A DNA stretch of 63,818 nucleotides, filler included, from Octopus bimaculoides (Eukaryota): assembly GCF_001194135.2 (NCBI RefSeq). It is 5 parts of 5 records of this genome, joined end to end, with 100 filler letters (N's around TTAATTAATTAA, not from the genome) between each part and the next. Parts side by side here need not be neighbours in the genome. Positions count along the whole stretch, not along the records: positions 1 to 31,269 come from NC_068982.1; 4 more parts are not named here. One strand, 5' to 3'. Shown piece by piece: positions 1-11,574 of this stretch (positions are counted from its first letter, which is position 1; each line of letters starts with the position of its first letter). The notes beneath the pieces were generated by a model. It searched no databases. It was not told the origin of the DNA and saw nothing but the letters and a program-made list of their open reading frames with translations. Position numbers and translations under genes: made by a program.

Positions 1-1440
1 TATATATATATATATATATGAATGAACTCATTAATTTCACTGGACTTTGAAAATAAATGAACTGTGTTTGTATTCTCCGTGTTCTTTGTATCGTTACACT
101 TTTTCTCCTATATCAAAAACTATAGATATCTCGATAGAGAAAAACCAACCATAAACATTAAGTCATATACACATGTAGTGTATCGTTGCTTTGTCTTCGC
201 CGAAGAAATATTTTTATTGAAAACACCTACCCTACTTGATAACTGTCAGTGACCAAAGGCCTTCGAAGACCTACATCTATTGAGATTCTTTTAATATTCG
301 TGTTAAACTCAGTATATTGACGAAATACACGAGTATGGAGAAATCTAATGAGGTTGGCTGTCCGGAAGGAGCCTTGTATGCTTGTTTATATAAAGATCAT
401 TTAAAAGTATTTATACATTATAAAGGTTAACGATACCTAATTTAATGAGAAATCTTTAAAAATACTATATTTCTTCTCTCAAATATAAACCATGTTATTT
501 GCTATCATAATTTAGCCTTGAGAACGCTAATTGCTTCGTATTACCATAGATATTAAATGTGTTGAATATCATGACGTGAATTAAATGAATCATAAAATTT
601 ACTCAAGCGTAACAATTCCGATTTAAATTTCCGTGTGATATAGAATTTCTTTCACGAACCGTATTTCGATTGCTATTTGTTAATTTTCTCTTTTTTGTTT
701 CTGCTATTCTATGGAATGGAATGTGTCTGCCGTATTTTCCCTTGTGAATTTATTGTTCTCTCTATCTCATACTTTTCTCACCCTATCTTTATTTTCTCGT
801 TTTCTCTTCAATGAAATAACTCTGTGAAACTACTCATGTGGGTGTAATACCTAATGCAGAAAATATTTCGTTGCAAGAAATAAACTGCAACTTCCAATAG
901 ATGCCAATCAATGACGTCAGAATTTTCTTCCAACTGGTTTTACGTCAACCGTTTCATTGAATTAAGTATACGAAACCTTGACATTTCATTATTTACGATA
1001 AAGTCGGTTTCCATTGTTACGACATTTCAGTCTAAATCTAAATATAGCAAAATGCTTTAAAATAGATGGGAATAAAACACAATTATAGGCTGTGAATAAT
1101 CCACTAGATATACTTCGGAAATTATTGAGCGGATGATTTATGAATGTTTAAACGAAACATCAGTTCGAATTTAAAATCCATTGCAATTGATATATTAAGT
1201 AAGAATATATTATGTTACATGTTATAGTCCATATGCCTCTCGTAAACACTTCTTGATCGTTCTCTATGTTACATTCTGATGTCATCAGGCAAAAGAAGAA
1301 ATTTCTCTAATCTATGTGAAACACAGGAACCAAATCAAAGTTCCAGGAAAAAATTGCGTACACGCGTACACTCATACACATGCATACATGCATACATATA
1401 TACATACATATATGCTTTGTTCGTCCGTCACTACAGCCAT

Positions 1441-1463
1441 ACACACACACATACACATTCTCT

Positions 1464-1511
<48 letters not shown>

Positions 1512-1542
1512 CACATACAGAGAGAAAGGGGGGTAAGAAAAC

Positions 1543-1596
<54 letters not shown>

Positions 1597-1615
1597 TGTG
1601 TGTGTGTGTGTATGT
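1441..1615. repeat. Compound (CA)n/(TA)n/(TG)n microsatellite
   Basis: Direct dinucleotide runs; source of the HT/YI/CV ORFs at 1279-1681. Confidence 0.95.
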
Positions 1616-1764
1616 ATAACAATAACAAACAATCAATATTCTGCGCTCTCAATGTTTTCTGTCAAGTGTTGTGGAGAATGATCACGGGATTGAGTTTAGA
1701 ACCTTTTGTACGTTTCCCACTACGTCCATGCGTTGGTGACAGTATATAATACGTCAAAAATTAA

Positions 1765-1954
1765 GGCCGACGCGGTCGAGTGAACACGTTTGGTTACAGT
1801 CAATTGAACAGGTTTGGTTACTCTAAATTTACTCTGCTTGGTAGGAGAGTGGGCAGGAGTCGTTTGTAATTGGTCCAGTCATTAAAGTTTGGGTTGTTAG
1901 CCGTTAAAATTGTTTGGTACTGTCACTAGATATGTTCACTAAACCGTGTCAGCC
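1765..1954. mobile_element. 190-bp MITE with TTAA target duplication and GG...CC termini (Kolobok-like)
   Basis: TTAA at 1761-1764 and 1955-1958. About 36-bp imperfect TIRs: GGCCGACGCGGTCGAGTGAACACGTTTGGTTACAGT vs reverse complement of the right end GGCTGACACGGTTTAGTGAACATATCTAGTGACAGT. Purine termini with TTAA fit Kolobok rather than piggyBac. Confidence 0.7.
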
Positions 1955-2246
1955 TTAACTTATGATGCCAAACTTTGTCACTTGACATTAACACACGGAT
2001 GTAGCAGAGAACCTACAAAAATTTCTAAGACCAGTCATGTGACTATCCTCTACCAATTAAGTCTTGTCGTAAACATACATTAATTTGTACTCTCTGTAAA
2101 AATTAGTCAGAAGCAAGAGGGTGGCGGCATAACCTAAGTCTTTCTACCTCAAGTTTTGAAAATCAGTGTAAACTGTGAAACCTGTTAAATCTTTAAATAC
2201 AATACAAAATTTTAAACTTTTCTCAGTACATTTTCAACTTCTACTA

Positions 2247-3145
2247 CGAGGTATCACAAAGTTCCCGGACTTGTTCTGTAGCACGCCAACAAATAACAGC
2301 GCACACGATTGCGTGCTTTGTGAGAGCTATTACTGACCTTCATGAGGCACTGTGCCGAGTGACATTGTTGTGTTTACTTCGCAAGTTGTGAAAGCTGTGT
2401 TTTCGTGATCATGTGTATGCTGGACTCTGTGATTTTGTCATGGACAAGAACAGAGAGCCAACGTGAAATTTTCCGCCAAACTTTGGAAGTCTGCTTACGG
2501 CAACGAGGCAACGGGTTGTACGCAGTGTTTCAAGTAGCACGGGCGCTTGAATACCGGAAGAACGTCTCTGGAAGGTGATGAGCAATGTGGAAGACCTGTC
2601 ACTTGTGTCACCTCTGGGATGTGGTATTGTGCACCGAGAATTCGAAACCCAAGGCCAGACCGTCAAAGATTTATTACGATAATTTGAATCGTTTGAAGGA
2701 GGACATTCGGTGAAAGTGAGCAGATCTGTGGAGCGCGAACAATTAGATTCTTCACGATGACACTGCACCGTGTCAGCGAGTTCTCCTCAGCCGTGAGTTC
2801 CTCGCCAAGAACAACAGTTCATCGCTTCTGTACCCGCCTTATTCACCCGCTTTAGCACTTATGGACTTTCATCTCGTCCCTAAGATGAAAATACAGCTGA
2901 AAGGCCATCGTTTGAACACCGTTGTCGAGACCCGGAGTGAATCGCAGAGGGTCCGCGACTCGTTTACGGAAGACGACATCCAAGCCGGACTCCAAAAGTG
3001 ACAGGAACGTTCGAACCAGTGTACTGCTGCTCAAAGTGTCTATTCCGAAGAAGATGACGCTAAAACTTAAGTTACTAAGTTATTTTTTACTAAGTTATTT
3101 TTTACTAAACATACTAGTCCCGGAACTTTTTGATATCACCTTGTC
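2247..3145 (+). mobile_element. Degraded, internally deleted mariner transposon
   Basis: TIRs CGAGGTATCACAAAGTTCCCGGACT and AGTCCCGGAACTTTTTGATATCACC with TA flanks. Frameshifted transposase motifs AYGNEATGCTQCF, GRTSLEGDEQCGRP, HPPYSP and MDFHLVPKMKIQLKG. Confidence 0.88.
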
Positions 3146-3155
3146 TATATATAAA

Positions 3156-3406
3156 TTTGTTGTTTACACACCCGTCTTCGTCTTTTTATTTTATTTTTTT
3201 TTGTAAATTCTCATTCGCCATGATAGATCGCTAGTCACTATATCTTTTTCTATTTCCTCTCCCTGTTTATTTCTGTGTTCCTTTCCGTCCCGTCGAAGAG
3301 CGTCGGCTCGAAACGTAAAAGACTTTCTCACTTCCCGAGTGTTAATCTAATACATCCGTTTGTTGTTTACACATCCGTCTTCGTCTTTTGTTTTTTGTAA
3401 ATTCTC

Positions 3407-3407
<1 letters not shown>
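3156..3407 (+). mobile_element. About 203-bp terminally redundant short repeat with hammerhead-like motif (PLE pseudo-LTR or retrozyme-like)
   Basis: Direct repeat 3156-3213 / 3359-3407 (period 203). Hammerhead-like fold at 3281-3321. Second family copy at 6413-6575 on the minus strand. Confidence 0.6.

Positions 3408-3408
<1 letters not shown>

Positions 3409-3473
<65 letters not shown>
3409..3473. repeat. (TG)n microsatellite
   Basis: Pure TG run. Confidence 0.95.
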
Positions 3474-3478
<5 letters not shown>

Positions 3479-4214
3479 TGCACACACAAACACACGCACA
3501 CATAAGCACACATATCATGACTGGAACAATAGATAAGTTTCTGATGAACCATGTCTTCGCGATCGCAGAAATTTACGTCCAAATCTGAAGCTGAAGTCTT
3601 TTAACGTCGACCGGCATGGCGATTCCTTTTTCACCTCCATATACTTACTAAAACTTTCAGACACGAAAAGTTTGGGATAAGTATAGAAAGCAAATAATCG
3701 CTTTTTAGAGATTTTATCAGATACTGTGTGTAAAAAGTGTTTTTTCCTCATTTTTTGACCCTTACATAGTACAGAGGAGACGTTGTTGTAAATGGAAAAT
3801 GCTTTAAATGATATATGTGAAAATGTATATGGTGTTGGGTATGTGAAGTAAAAGATTTGTTTCTTTCCAGGAGGTAGTATAGTTAACAAGAAAATTTGCT
3901 GCGCTCAATTTCTCAATATATATATATATATAAGTTACTGAAAGAGTTTAACTGAGTCTCTAAACGAAGTTGCAGAATATCACAAACCTAACTGTACAAG
4001 AAGTTTTATCGATTTAGTAATAAAGATGTTCATTAAGCTCATGCTTTTAAATTTTGCGAACAACTTAAGGTGAAACGCGGCATTTATGTACTTCATAAAG
4101 CAATGGCAGTACAAGTGATATGAAATAGCTATAAAGGGAATAAATATTACATAATAGCCTTAATAGCAGGTGTTCTTCGTTTCGTGTTTACCTCCCTTTG
4201 AAACTTAATGTAAA

Positions 4215-5130
4215 TATTGTATTGAGTCAAAAGTTTTGCAATATTTTAGTGGCTTATTTGCTTCATTCGTGAAATTACAACAAACCAGCCGAGGATTCAA
4301 AGTAGAGGCCATCGTATTGCATCGCCTGAAACCGTATTTCTGCCAGCTCTTTGACTACCGTATTTCTGTCAGCTCTTTGACTCCATTCTGATATTAGTTG
4401 TTTTACTTTGAGGCAATAAACTCCATCATTGAAACTTCCACCTCCTCCCTCTTGGTTGACGAACCAAGAGGAGATGACTGCTTTGATGAAGGAGTTCATC
4501 ACCTTGAACGACCAGAATTGGTATATCAGCGTGAGATCAAAGATCTGGTAGAAAGGTGGCTCCAAACGGTGCAACACGATGTCGTTTGATTTGAATGTGC
4601 CGCTGCTTTTGTTGGAACTTGACGAATAAAACAAATACGTTACAAAACTATTCTTTTCTACTCTAGGCACAAGGCCCGATATTTTTGGTGAGTTAGTCAG
4701 TCGATTAGATTGACCCCAGTATGCAACTAGTACTTAATTTATCGACCCCGATCCCCTAAAGGATGAAAGGTAAAGTCAACATCGGCGGAATTTGAACTCA
4801 GAACGTAGCAACAAACTAAATACCGTTAAGCATTTCGCCCGGTGTGCTAACGTTTCTTATTTCTTTATTGCCCAAAAGGGGATAAACATAGAGGGGACAA
4901 ACAAGGACAGACAAAGGGATTAAGTCGATTACATCGACCCCACTGCGTAACTGGTACTTCATTTATCGACCCCGAAAGGGTGAAAGCCAAAGTCAACCTC
5001 GGCGGAATTTGAACTCAGAACGTAATGGCAAACGAAATCCCGCTAAGCATTTCGCCCGGTGTGCTAAGGATTCTGCCATCTCTCCACCTTACGTTACAAA
5101 AATATTACAAAGCGTTTGACTCAACACAGT
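4215..5130. mobile_element. Palindromic (foldback) element made of two mariner 3' ends, interrupted by a SINE
   Basis: Both arms encode a mariner C-terminus (plus strand DLVERWLQTVQHD; minus strand KELAEIRFQAMQYDGLYFE). Ends TTGTATTGAGTCAAAAGTTTTGCAATATT vs reverse complement CTGTGTTGAGTCAAACGCTTTGTAATATT. Central hairpin CCTCTTGGTT-GACG-AACCAAGAGG at about 4448-4471. Confidence 0.75.
4653..5089 (-). mobile_element. Dimeric tRNA-derived SINE (family A)
   Basis: Two tandem monomers, each with GTTCTGAGTTCAAATTCCGCC and a CTTTCATCCTTT...GGGGTCGATAAA body. 17-bp TSD TACGTTACAAAA(C/A)TATT at 4636-4652 and 5090-5106. Confidence 0.9.
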
Positions 5131-6412
5131 ATCAAGAAAGAAAGCTTGTTGAGTTGATTAGGTTGTAGAATTCAGTTTCGTCTTCCTTTGACTTGGGGGG
5201 AAGCTACAAAAATTTCACAGTTTCTTTTATAAGCAAGTCTTTGTTATTTTGATTAAATCGACTAAACCCTTTTTAACCATCCCGTTGAATTATACAAAAG
5301 AATTATACGAAATAATATACTAAGACTGGAAAATTGGAAGTAACTAATGATACATGCCTCAGCAAATAGTGCGAAAAATAACACGAATGTTAAGATGCAA
5401 GGCAAAAGAGCCAAACGTGCTGATTAGAATATTTGTCGTTGAATAAATTCTCAATCTCCTTCTGGTGAAAGTTTCTAGCCCAAACATTAGAGGTTTTGTC
5501 TTTCTCTTGACATAAAATCTATTCCACTGTTTGCAATATTTGTAACACTAAGTAGTACATAGACATCATAAAAGTTAACCTTGGTGAGATTTTTGACTTC
5601 TTTTTGTATTAGATTCATACAAAAGTACATAATTTATACTAGAGATTTAAAAATCAATGAATTTTATTTGAATATTATGGTTTATTCTTAAAACTTTACT
5701 GGCGTCTCCCAAAAATATGTAAATGTCGTGCTGAATAAATTAAAAGCGATTCGGAACAAAGATAAGAATGTACATTAAATGTAACACGTGTCTGAAAAAA
5801 ATACTATTTGGAAAACGATTAAATATATGAGGAGATAAGGTTTTGAATTGCAAAATATTCGGAACACAGACAACTTTTTATTTTACAGTACCATCAGAAG
5901 AAAACAATAATAATTATAGGAACTTATGCAAAAATAGTCAACAACCAAATATAGAGGGTAATCTGTTGTGTTACTTACAATGAGTTCGCTCCAAACTGAT
6001 TGCGTTCGCTTCACCCCGTGTTCGATCTAATTTTGCATCATCATCTAAACCGTATCCTCTTCAATCATATCGGCTAATTTCAGAATATTACATCCGTGTT
6101 TAGATGTTATATATGTCAGAGGCATCCATAACGGCTGAAAATACGGAAAATTATTTTTTGTAGGGTAATATTAAATGTAATAACAAGAAATTGGAAAAAG
6201 TTTGGTATTATTTATTCGCCTTCATTATTATATGATTCTTTGTCTGAAGAATTTCTAATACGCGATATCATGCACGATATCCACCACATATACAATTTTG
6301 TAACTACTAGCAAATGGAACACGTGTGATGGTGAATAAATAATACCAAAAGTATTCCAATCTCCCGTTTTAATATGTATATGTGTGCGCATGTGCGTGCG
6401 TATTTAGTATAT

Positions 6413-6575
6413 ATATAGGGAGGATTAACAAAAAAACAACAGACGAAGACAGGTGGTGTAGAAAACAAACTGATGTATTAGTATAACGCTCGGGAATTGA
6501 AAAAGTCTTTAACGATTCGAGCCTACGCTCTTCCACAGAAAGAAACACAGAAAGAAACAAGGAGAGAAACAATGA
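6413..6575 (-). mobile_element. Second copy of the hammerhead-like short repeat seen at 3156-3407
   Basis: Reverse complement reads CTTTCTGTGGAAGAGCGTAGGCTCGAATCGTTAAAGACTTTTTCAATTCCCGAGCGTTATACTAATACATC, collinear with 3281-3357. Confidence 0.8.
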
Positions 6576-6704
6576 GTGTCATAAAAATGTGTAGTGGTCA
6601 GCGAAAATAATTTCTTAATCTTCGAATTTTTTTAAGTATACTAGACAACTGATTAAAATTTGTGTTAATTAATTAATATTAATTTCTACCCTCATTCTTT
6701 AACT

Positions 6705-6739
<35 letters not shown>

Positions 6740-6753
6740 GTGTGATATGTATA

Positions 6754-7808
6754 TCAATGATGAAGGGTACTATAGGAGCACCATCATGCTAAAAATACCA
6801 GTCAAGACTGACTAAAAACGACAAATTTTCACTTTTACACAATGGAGAAGTCGGGTGAACGAACCAAAAATTTTAAGACGCCGTACCATTGACGAAAAGA
6901 ATCGTAAATGTAAAATCGGGGATACTCATTTCACAGCGATTTCAAACTTTGTGAATTAACAATTAGTGTCCGGTGAGCGTGTCGTACTGACCAGGGCTAC
7001 TGATATTATTTTGAATTATGAACAGTAGCATTCTTGTATTATTTTATTCTTTCTTTTTCTTGTTTTAGTCATTTGACTGCAGCCATGCTGGAGCACCATC
7101 TTTAGTCGAGCAAATCGATCCCTGGACTTATTCTTTGTAAGCCTAGTACTTATTCTATCGGCCTCTTTTGCCTAACCGCAAAGTTACCGGGACATAAACA
7201 CACTAGCATCGGTTGTCAAGCGATGTTGGGGATGGGACGTACAACAATAGACACATAAACATATACATACATACACATATGTATATACGACGGGCTTCTT
7301 TCAGTTTCCGTTTACCAAATCCACTCACAAGGCTTTGGTCGGCCCGAGGCTATAGTAGAAGACACTTGCCCAAGGTGACATGCAGTGGGACTGAAACCGG
7401 AATGATATGATTGGGAAGCAAGCTACTTACGACACAGCCACTCCTGCGCCTATAAGTAGTATCCTTATAAATTTTTTATAATCTTTATTCATTTCAATTC
7501 CCTTTTTTAAATTTGCTGTGGTCTTAAAAATGGTAATCCCGCACATCGTTGAGACGGGCAGACATTTTGTCCCTGGGTCAGAAAGTCTCGCTGGTGAGGT
7601 ACTGAGTTTTAATTCAGAAAGTTCGAAATTATTATGAGATGTCTGATTTTTTAATTTACAATTCTTTTCGTCAATGTTACGGGGTCTTAAAATATTCTGC
7701 TCGTTACCCCGACTTCACCATAGTCTAAAAGTGAAAATTTGTGGTTGCGAGTCAGTCTTGGCTCCTATTTTTAGCATGCTAGTGCTCGTGTCGTACCGCT
7801 CATTATTA
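6754..7808. mobile_element. Long-TIR MITE/foldback element with about 240-bp inverted arms
   Basis: Arm 6754-6997 is the reverse complement of 7571-7808 at roughly 75-80% identity by eye. Shared blocks include TTCTTTTCGTCAATG, AAAAGTGAAAATTTGT, AGTCAGTCTTG and TATTTTTAGCATG. Confidence 0.8.
7052..7453 (-). mobile_element. tRNA-derived SINE with internal microsatellite (family B)
   Basis: Head with A/B-box-like GGCTGTGT...GGTTTCAGTCCC, an internal CA/TA run, and the tail GCTCCAGCATGGCTGCAGTCAAATGACT. Collinear with 19622-20038 and 45516-45927. Confidence 0.9.
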
Positions 7809-7987
7809 ATTAATAATTTTGGCTTTTTATGTTTTTTTTTTTACGAATGCTAGTATGTATGTATGTATGTATGTATGTATGTGTCTGCTTTTGTATGCCT
7901 GTTTCATAATCTGCGTATATTTGGATACTTGTTGCCTAAATGTATCTTAAGCATTCAGGAAACGCAAAACGGTACACTACATGCCAG

Positions 7988-8204
7988 TTTCCTTTCAACT
8001 CTTGGCACAAGGCCCAACATTTTGGGGAAGGGGGCCAGTCGAGCAAATCTATACCAGTACGCAACTGGTACTTAATTTATCGACCCCGAAAGGATTAAAG
8101 GCAAATGCAACCTCGGCGGTATTTGAACTCAGAAGGTAACGGCTGACGAAATACCGCTAAGCATTTTGCCCGGCGTGTTAACGTTTCTGCCAGTTTGCCG
8201 CCTT
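7988..8204 (-). mobile_element. Monomeric SINE family A
   Basis: Matches a monomer of 4653-5089 from head AAGGCGGC to tail CTTGTGCC. Confidence 0.85.
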
Positions 8205-9579
8205 GTATACATACCATACTAAGTTAATTATTGTGGTTGATCTGTTCGGCTAATACTATTGAAAATGGTGTCCAGACATTGCCACTGCCCAGTGATTAAG
8301 AGCTACAAAATAGTACACGAATGGGTTTTCAAGATGTTTGCCAACTCAGAAACCAGAGTAACAATCGATTATCGCTTCATACATTGTCTCATACACCACT
8401 GGGGATATATACGGCAATATATATATATTCAAGCAATTGCAAATATGTTCCTATAAAAGACCAGTGGTTTTGATCATTCAAAAACATATGTTTCAATGGA
8501 ATCGCAATGTTTCGAAGAATTTATAGTTTACAATTCTCTCATTTTTAATTTGGTCTCATTGGAAAATTTCGAAAATAGTCCGATTTTTACCTGTGGTATA
8601 AAGTAGCAAATAATTGTCTGCAATAAAAAAGAAGAGAAAAGCAAAATACGTGGTTCAATGTGTTAGTATAAAGCCATTATATTTTTTCCCTGTTATGTCA
8701 TGTACACAGGTTATTGCTGGAATAATTTGGGGGGGGGGGGAAATTACCCAGTATGTGTGATTTATTGCATCATGACATTTTCATTTCGATTCAGGAAATG
8801 CAAGTTGTTATGATAAATGAAATTAAATGTGTTTATTTTCAAAACTCATAGTTCAAAATGTAACACTTAATGGATTATAATACGTGTGAATGTAATTACA
8901 GATTCTGTACATCAACTTAATAGATCGTGGAATAAATTACATCGAGCTCAATGGAGATCACAGCAAATCAAAATGAATGTCCGTTGATCAGATGACTAAC
9001 ACGGAAATTTCAAAACATTACGGTGAGGAATTGCATTAGTTTTAGTGTAAACGATGGGAAGAAATGAAATATGAAATTTTGAAGTTCTAACAGAAACTTT
9101 TGTACTTAAATAATGCAGGAATTTATGAGTTTATGAATAAAACTAATTAAGAAAGACAAGAAATTTAGAGGTAAGTAATGTGGATACTGAAATATATGCA
9201 TATACATACATATATATTTACATAAATGTTTGTGTGTATATATATATATATATATATGCTCGAAATGAGGAGTAAATAGACAGCCGACAACTGATAAAGG
9301 GTCGTTCTTTGCGTTACTTGTCCTGTTTTTCACTTCTTTTTCTCGTCGTTTGCGTATTGGACTCATTTGTTTACTGTTGGTGATGTCCTGTACCTATATA
9401 TATATATATANNNNNNNNNNNNNNNNNNNNNNNNNNNNNNNNNNNNNNNNNNNNNNNNNNNNNNNNNNNNNNNNNNNNNNNNNNNNNNNNNNNNNNNNNN
9501 NNNNNNNNNNNNNNNNNNNNNNNNNNNNNNNNNNNTATGTGTGTGTGTGTGTGTGTGTGCGTGTGTGTGTGTGTGTATG

Positions 9580-9611
<32 letters not shown>

Positions 9612-10758
9612 TATATATGTATATTTTTTTTACCACTTCTATACACCTTGAATAATGGAACTGCGACTACAGTATCTTCATATGTCTTATTTTCTACTTT
9701 CATTCTCTTATTTCCCTCTATATTCCATATCCCCTCCTTTTCCACAATAATTCGTACGTTTCAGATTTGCGTAATATATAATTGGAAGTACATCCATTGC
9801 GTAAAACTTCTTCAGTTAAACCATTCAAGTATCCCTGTTTAGATTAACTTCATCATTTCAACTATATATGTATGCGCGTGCGTGTGTGTTTGCGTGCTTG
9901 CGTGTGCGTGCGTGCGTGCTTGCGCGTGTACATTCAGTTTATGCATAAACAATTCAACGTGGGAAACGTAAATTACAATAAGGAAAAAGAAACCCCCATA
10001 AATCCAAATGAAAATCGCGCACAAATTATTCTTCCAACTATTTTGTCGTGTATCTATTTATATAATTGTAATTTGTGGTGTTTTCAATACTCAATGGAAT
10101 CCATTTTACTCGGAGCGTCATTCAAAATTTACTTGGTGAAAAGATTTCAAAATAGAAGTCAAATTACTTAAAGTAGGTTGTTAATAATGTTCTTGGTGGG
10201 TGGTTACAGCAGAAATTGTTGGCAGAGTTTAATGTACCGTGTAGGAAGAATCTCTTGTTAGTTTAATCTAAGGTTAACAAAAGTCGAACATTTTCAAAGA
10301 ACAGAAGTAGCTTTTATCTTTGTTTGGGTTTATAATTACAGATGGTTAAAGCCATAGACGACGCCTTCGTAGAATAAGTTGTCAAAGTAGATATAATTTT
10401 ATGACATCGCTAAATTCACTTTACACTTTTTGTGAAATATTTACTATTTCACAGTAAATAACATGTTAAATAATCTTGTAAAATAAACTCCTTCGTGGAT
10501 ATCAATTTAGAAATCGAATTGTTCTAACCTTTTGTTGGTTCGCTTTACCTTAAGCGTAATTTTACATCAGTCAGTAAAAAGGTAATGATTATTTCAAAAT
10601 GGCAAAAGTGATACTCATGAAGTTTGTTAAGAATTTGACTAAGAGTTTACAGATTATTCCTATTGCTGATTGGCCAGCTTGATTACTCTAATGGATTTTA
10701 GGGAACCCTTTAGCGTAAATTATTGCTGCTTAAATATTTTTGTGCAGTTCTAGTCTTA

Positions 10759-10976
10759 GAACTGATTTCAAATTTTGGCAGATCAGCAATTCCAGGCGAG
10801 AGAGTAAGTCAATTACATCGATTCTCGTCCTCGACTGCTAAATATGTTATCGACACCGAAACGATAAAAGGCAAAGTCGACCTCAGCGGCATTTAAGATC
10901 TAAACGAAAAGACGGACAAAATGCCGCTAAACATTTTGCCCAGCACACCAACGATTCTGACAGCACGCCGCCTTAA
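10759..10976 (-). mobile_element. Degenerate monomeric SINE family A
   Basis: Head AAGGCGGCGTGCTG. 11-bp TSD TTCTAGTCTTA at 10748-10758 and 10977-10987. Confidence 0.8.
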
Positions 10977-11127
10977 TTCTAGTCTTAATATTAACATCAG
11001 GATTCTGTTAGCACACTAGACGAAATACTTAGCGGAACTTCGTTCGTCTTTATGTTCTGAGTTCAAATTCGGCAGAGGTCGTCTATGCCTTTGACTCTTT
11101 CGGGGTCTATAAAATAATTATCAGTTA

Positions 11128-11400
11128 TCGCATATCTTGTCATAAAATCCCACAGGATCTTTGCATTATTATTTTCGACGATACCTTCGGGTTTGTGGTC
11201 GTACCAATTTTTTTCTCTTTCAAGTCCATACTTGTTGCAAAGTGTCCAATGGACAAGCCTCGTTATATTTTCATGGCGTCTCTTGTATTCCTTCATGGCT
11301 AGTGGCGTACATTGACTGGTAATATGCCATACGGTTTCACCATTTTATCCTCAAATTCTGCACGTATCACTTTCTGTTGTGTACATTATTTACATTGGAC
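11128..11400 (-). mobile_element. R4/Dong-clade non-LTR retrotransposon fragment (zinc-knuckle to pre-RLE region)
   Basis: Translation KEYKRRHENITRLVHWTLCNKYGLEREKNWYDHKPEGIVENNNAKILWDF is typical of R4/Dong. The DNA matches 24820-24905. Confidence 0.85.
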
Positions 11401-11425
11401 GGATGTGTGTCTTCGTCTTGTTGTT

Positions 11426-11471
11426 ACCACAACGCTTCGGCTGATTTACTCTACAGCCTTCATCAGGTGTC
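11426..11471 (-). ncRNA. Minimal type-I hammerhead ribozyme motif (mutated)
   Basis: Reverse complement GACAC CTGATGA A GGCTG-tagagtaaat-CAGCC GAAGCGTT GTGGT. Intact CUGAUGA, 5-bp stem II and short stem I; GAAA is changed to GAAG. Confidence 0.7.
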
Positions 11472-11574
11472 CTGGTGGAATTTTAAACCCAACCCTTCAT
11501 CTAGGAATTTGTGGTTAGTTGTGTTACTAATTTGTATATATTTTGAATTATTATATGATATTCTACCTGTTACT

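Noticed and set aside
1279-1681. Many ORFs rich in HT, YI, CV, LS or YLSI repeats throughout the window
   Set aside because: Translations of di- and tetranucleotide microsatellites.
8902-9170. Possible exons (DSVHQLNRSW... frame; GTAAGT donor at 9171)
   Set aside because: Stops in the candidate frames and no consistent acceptor-donor pair.
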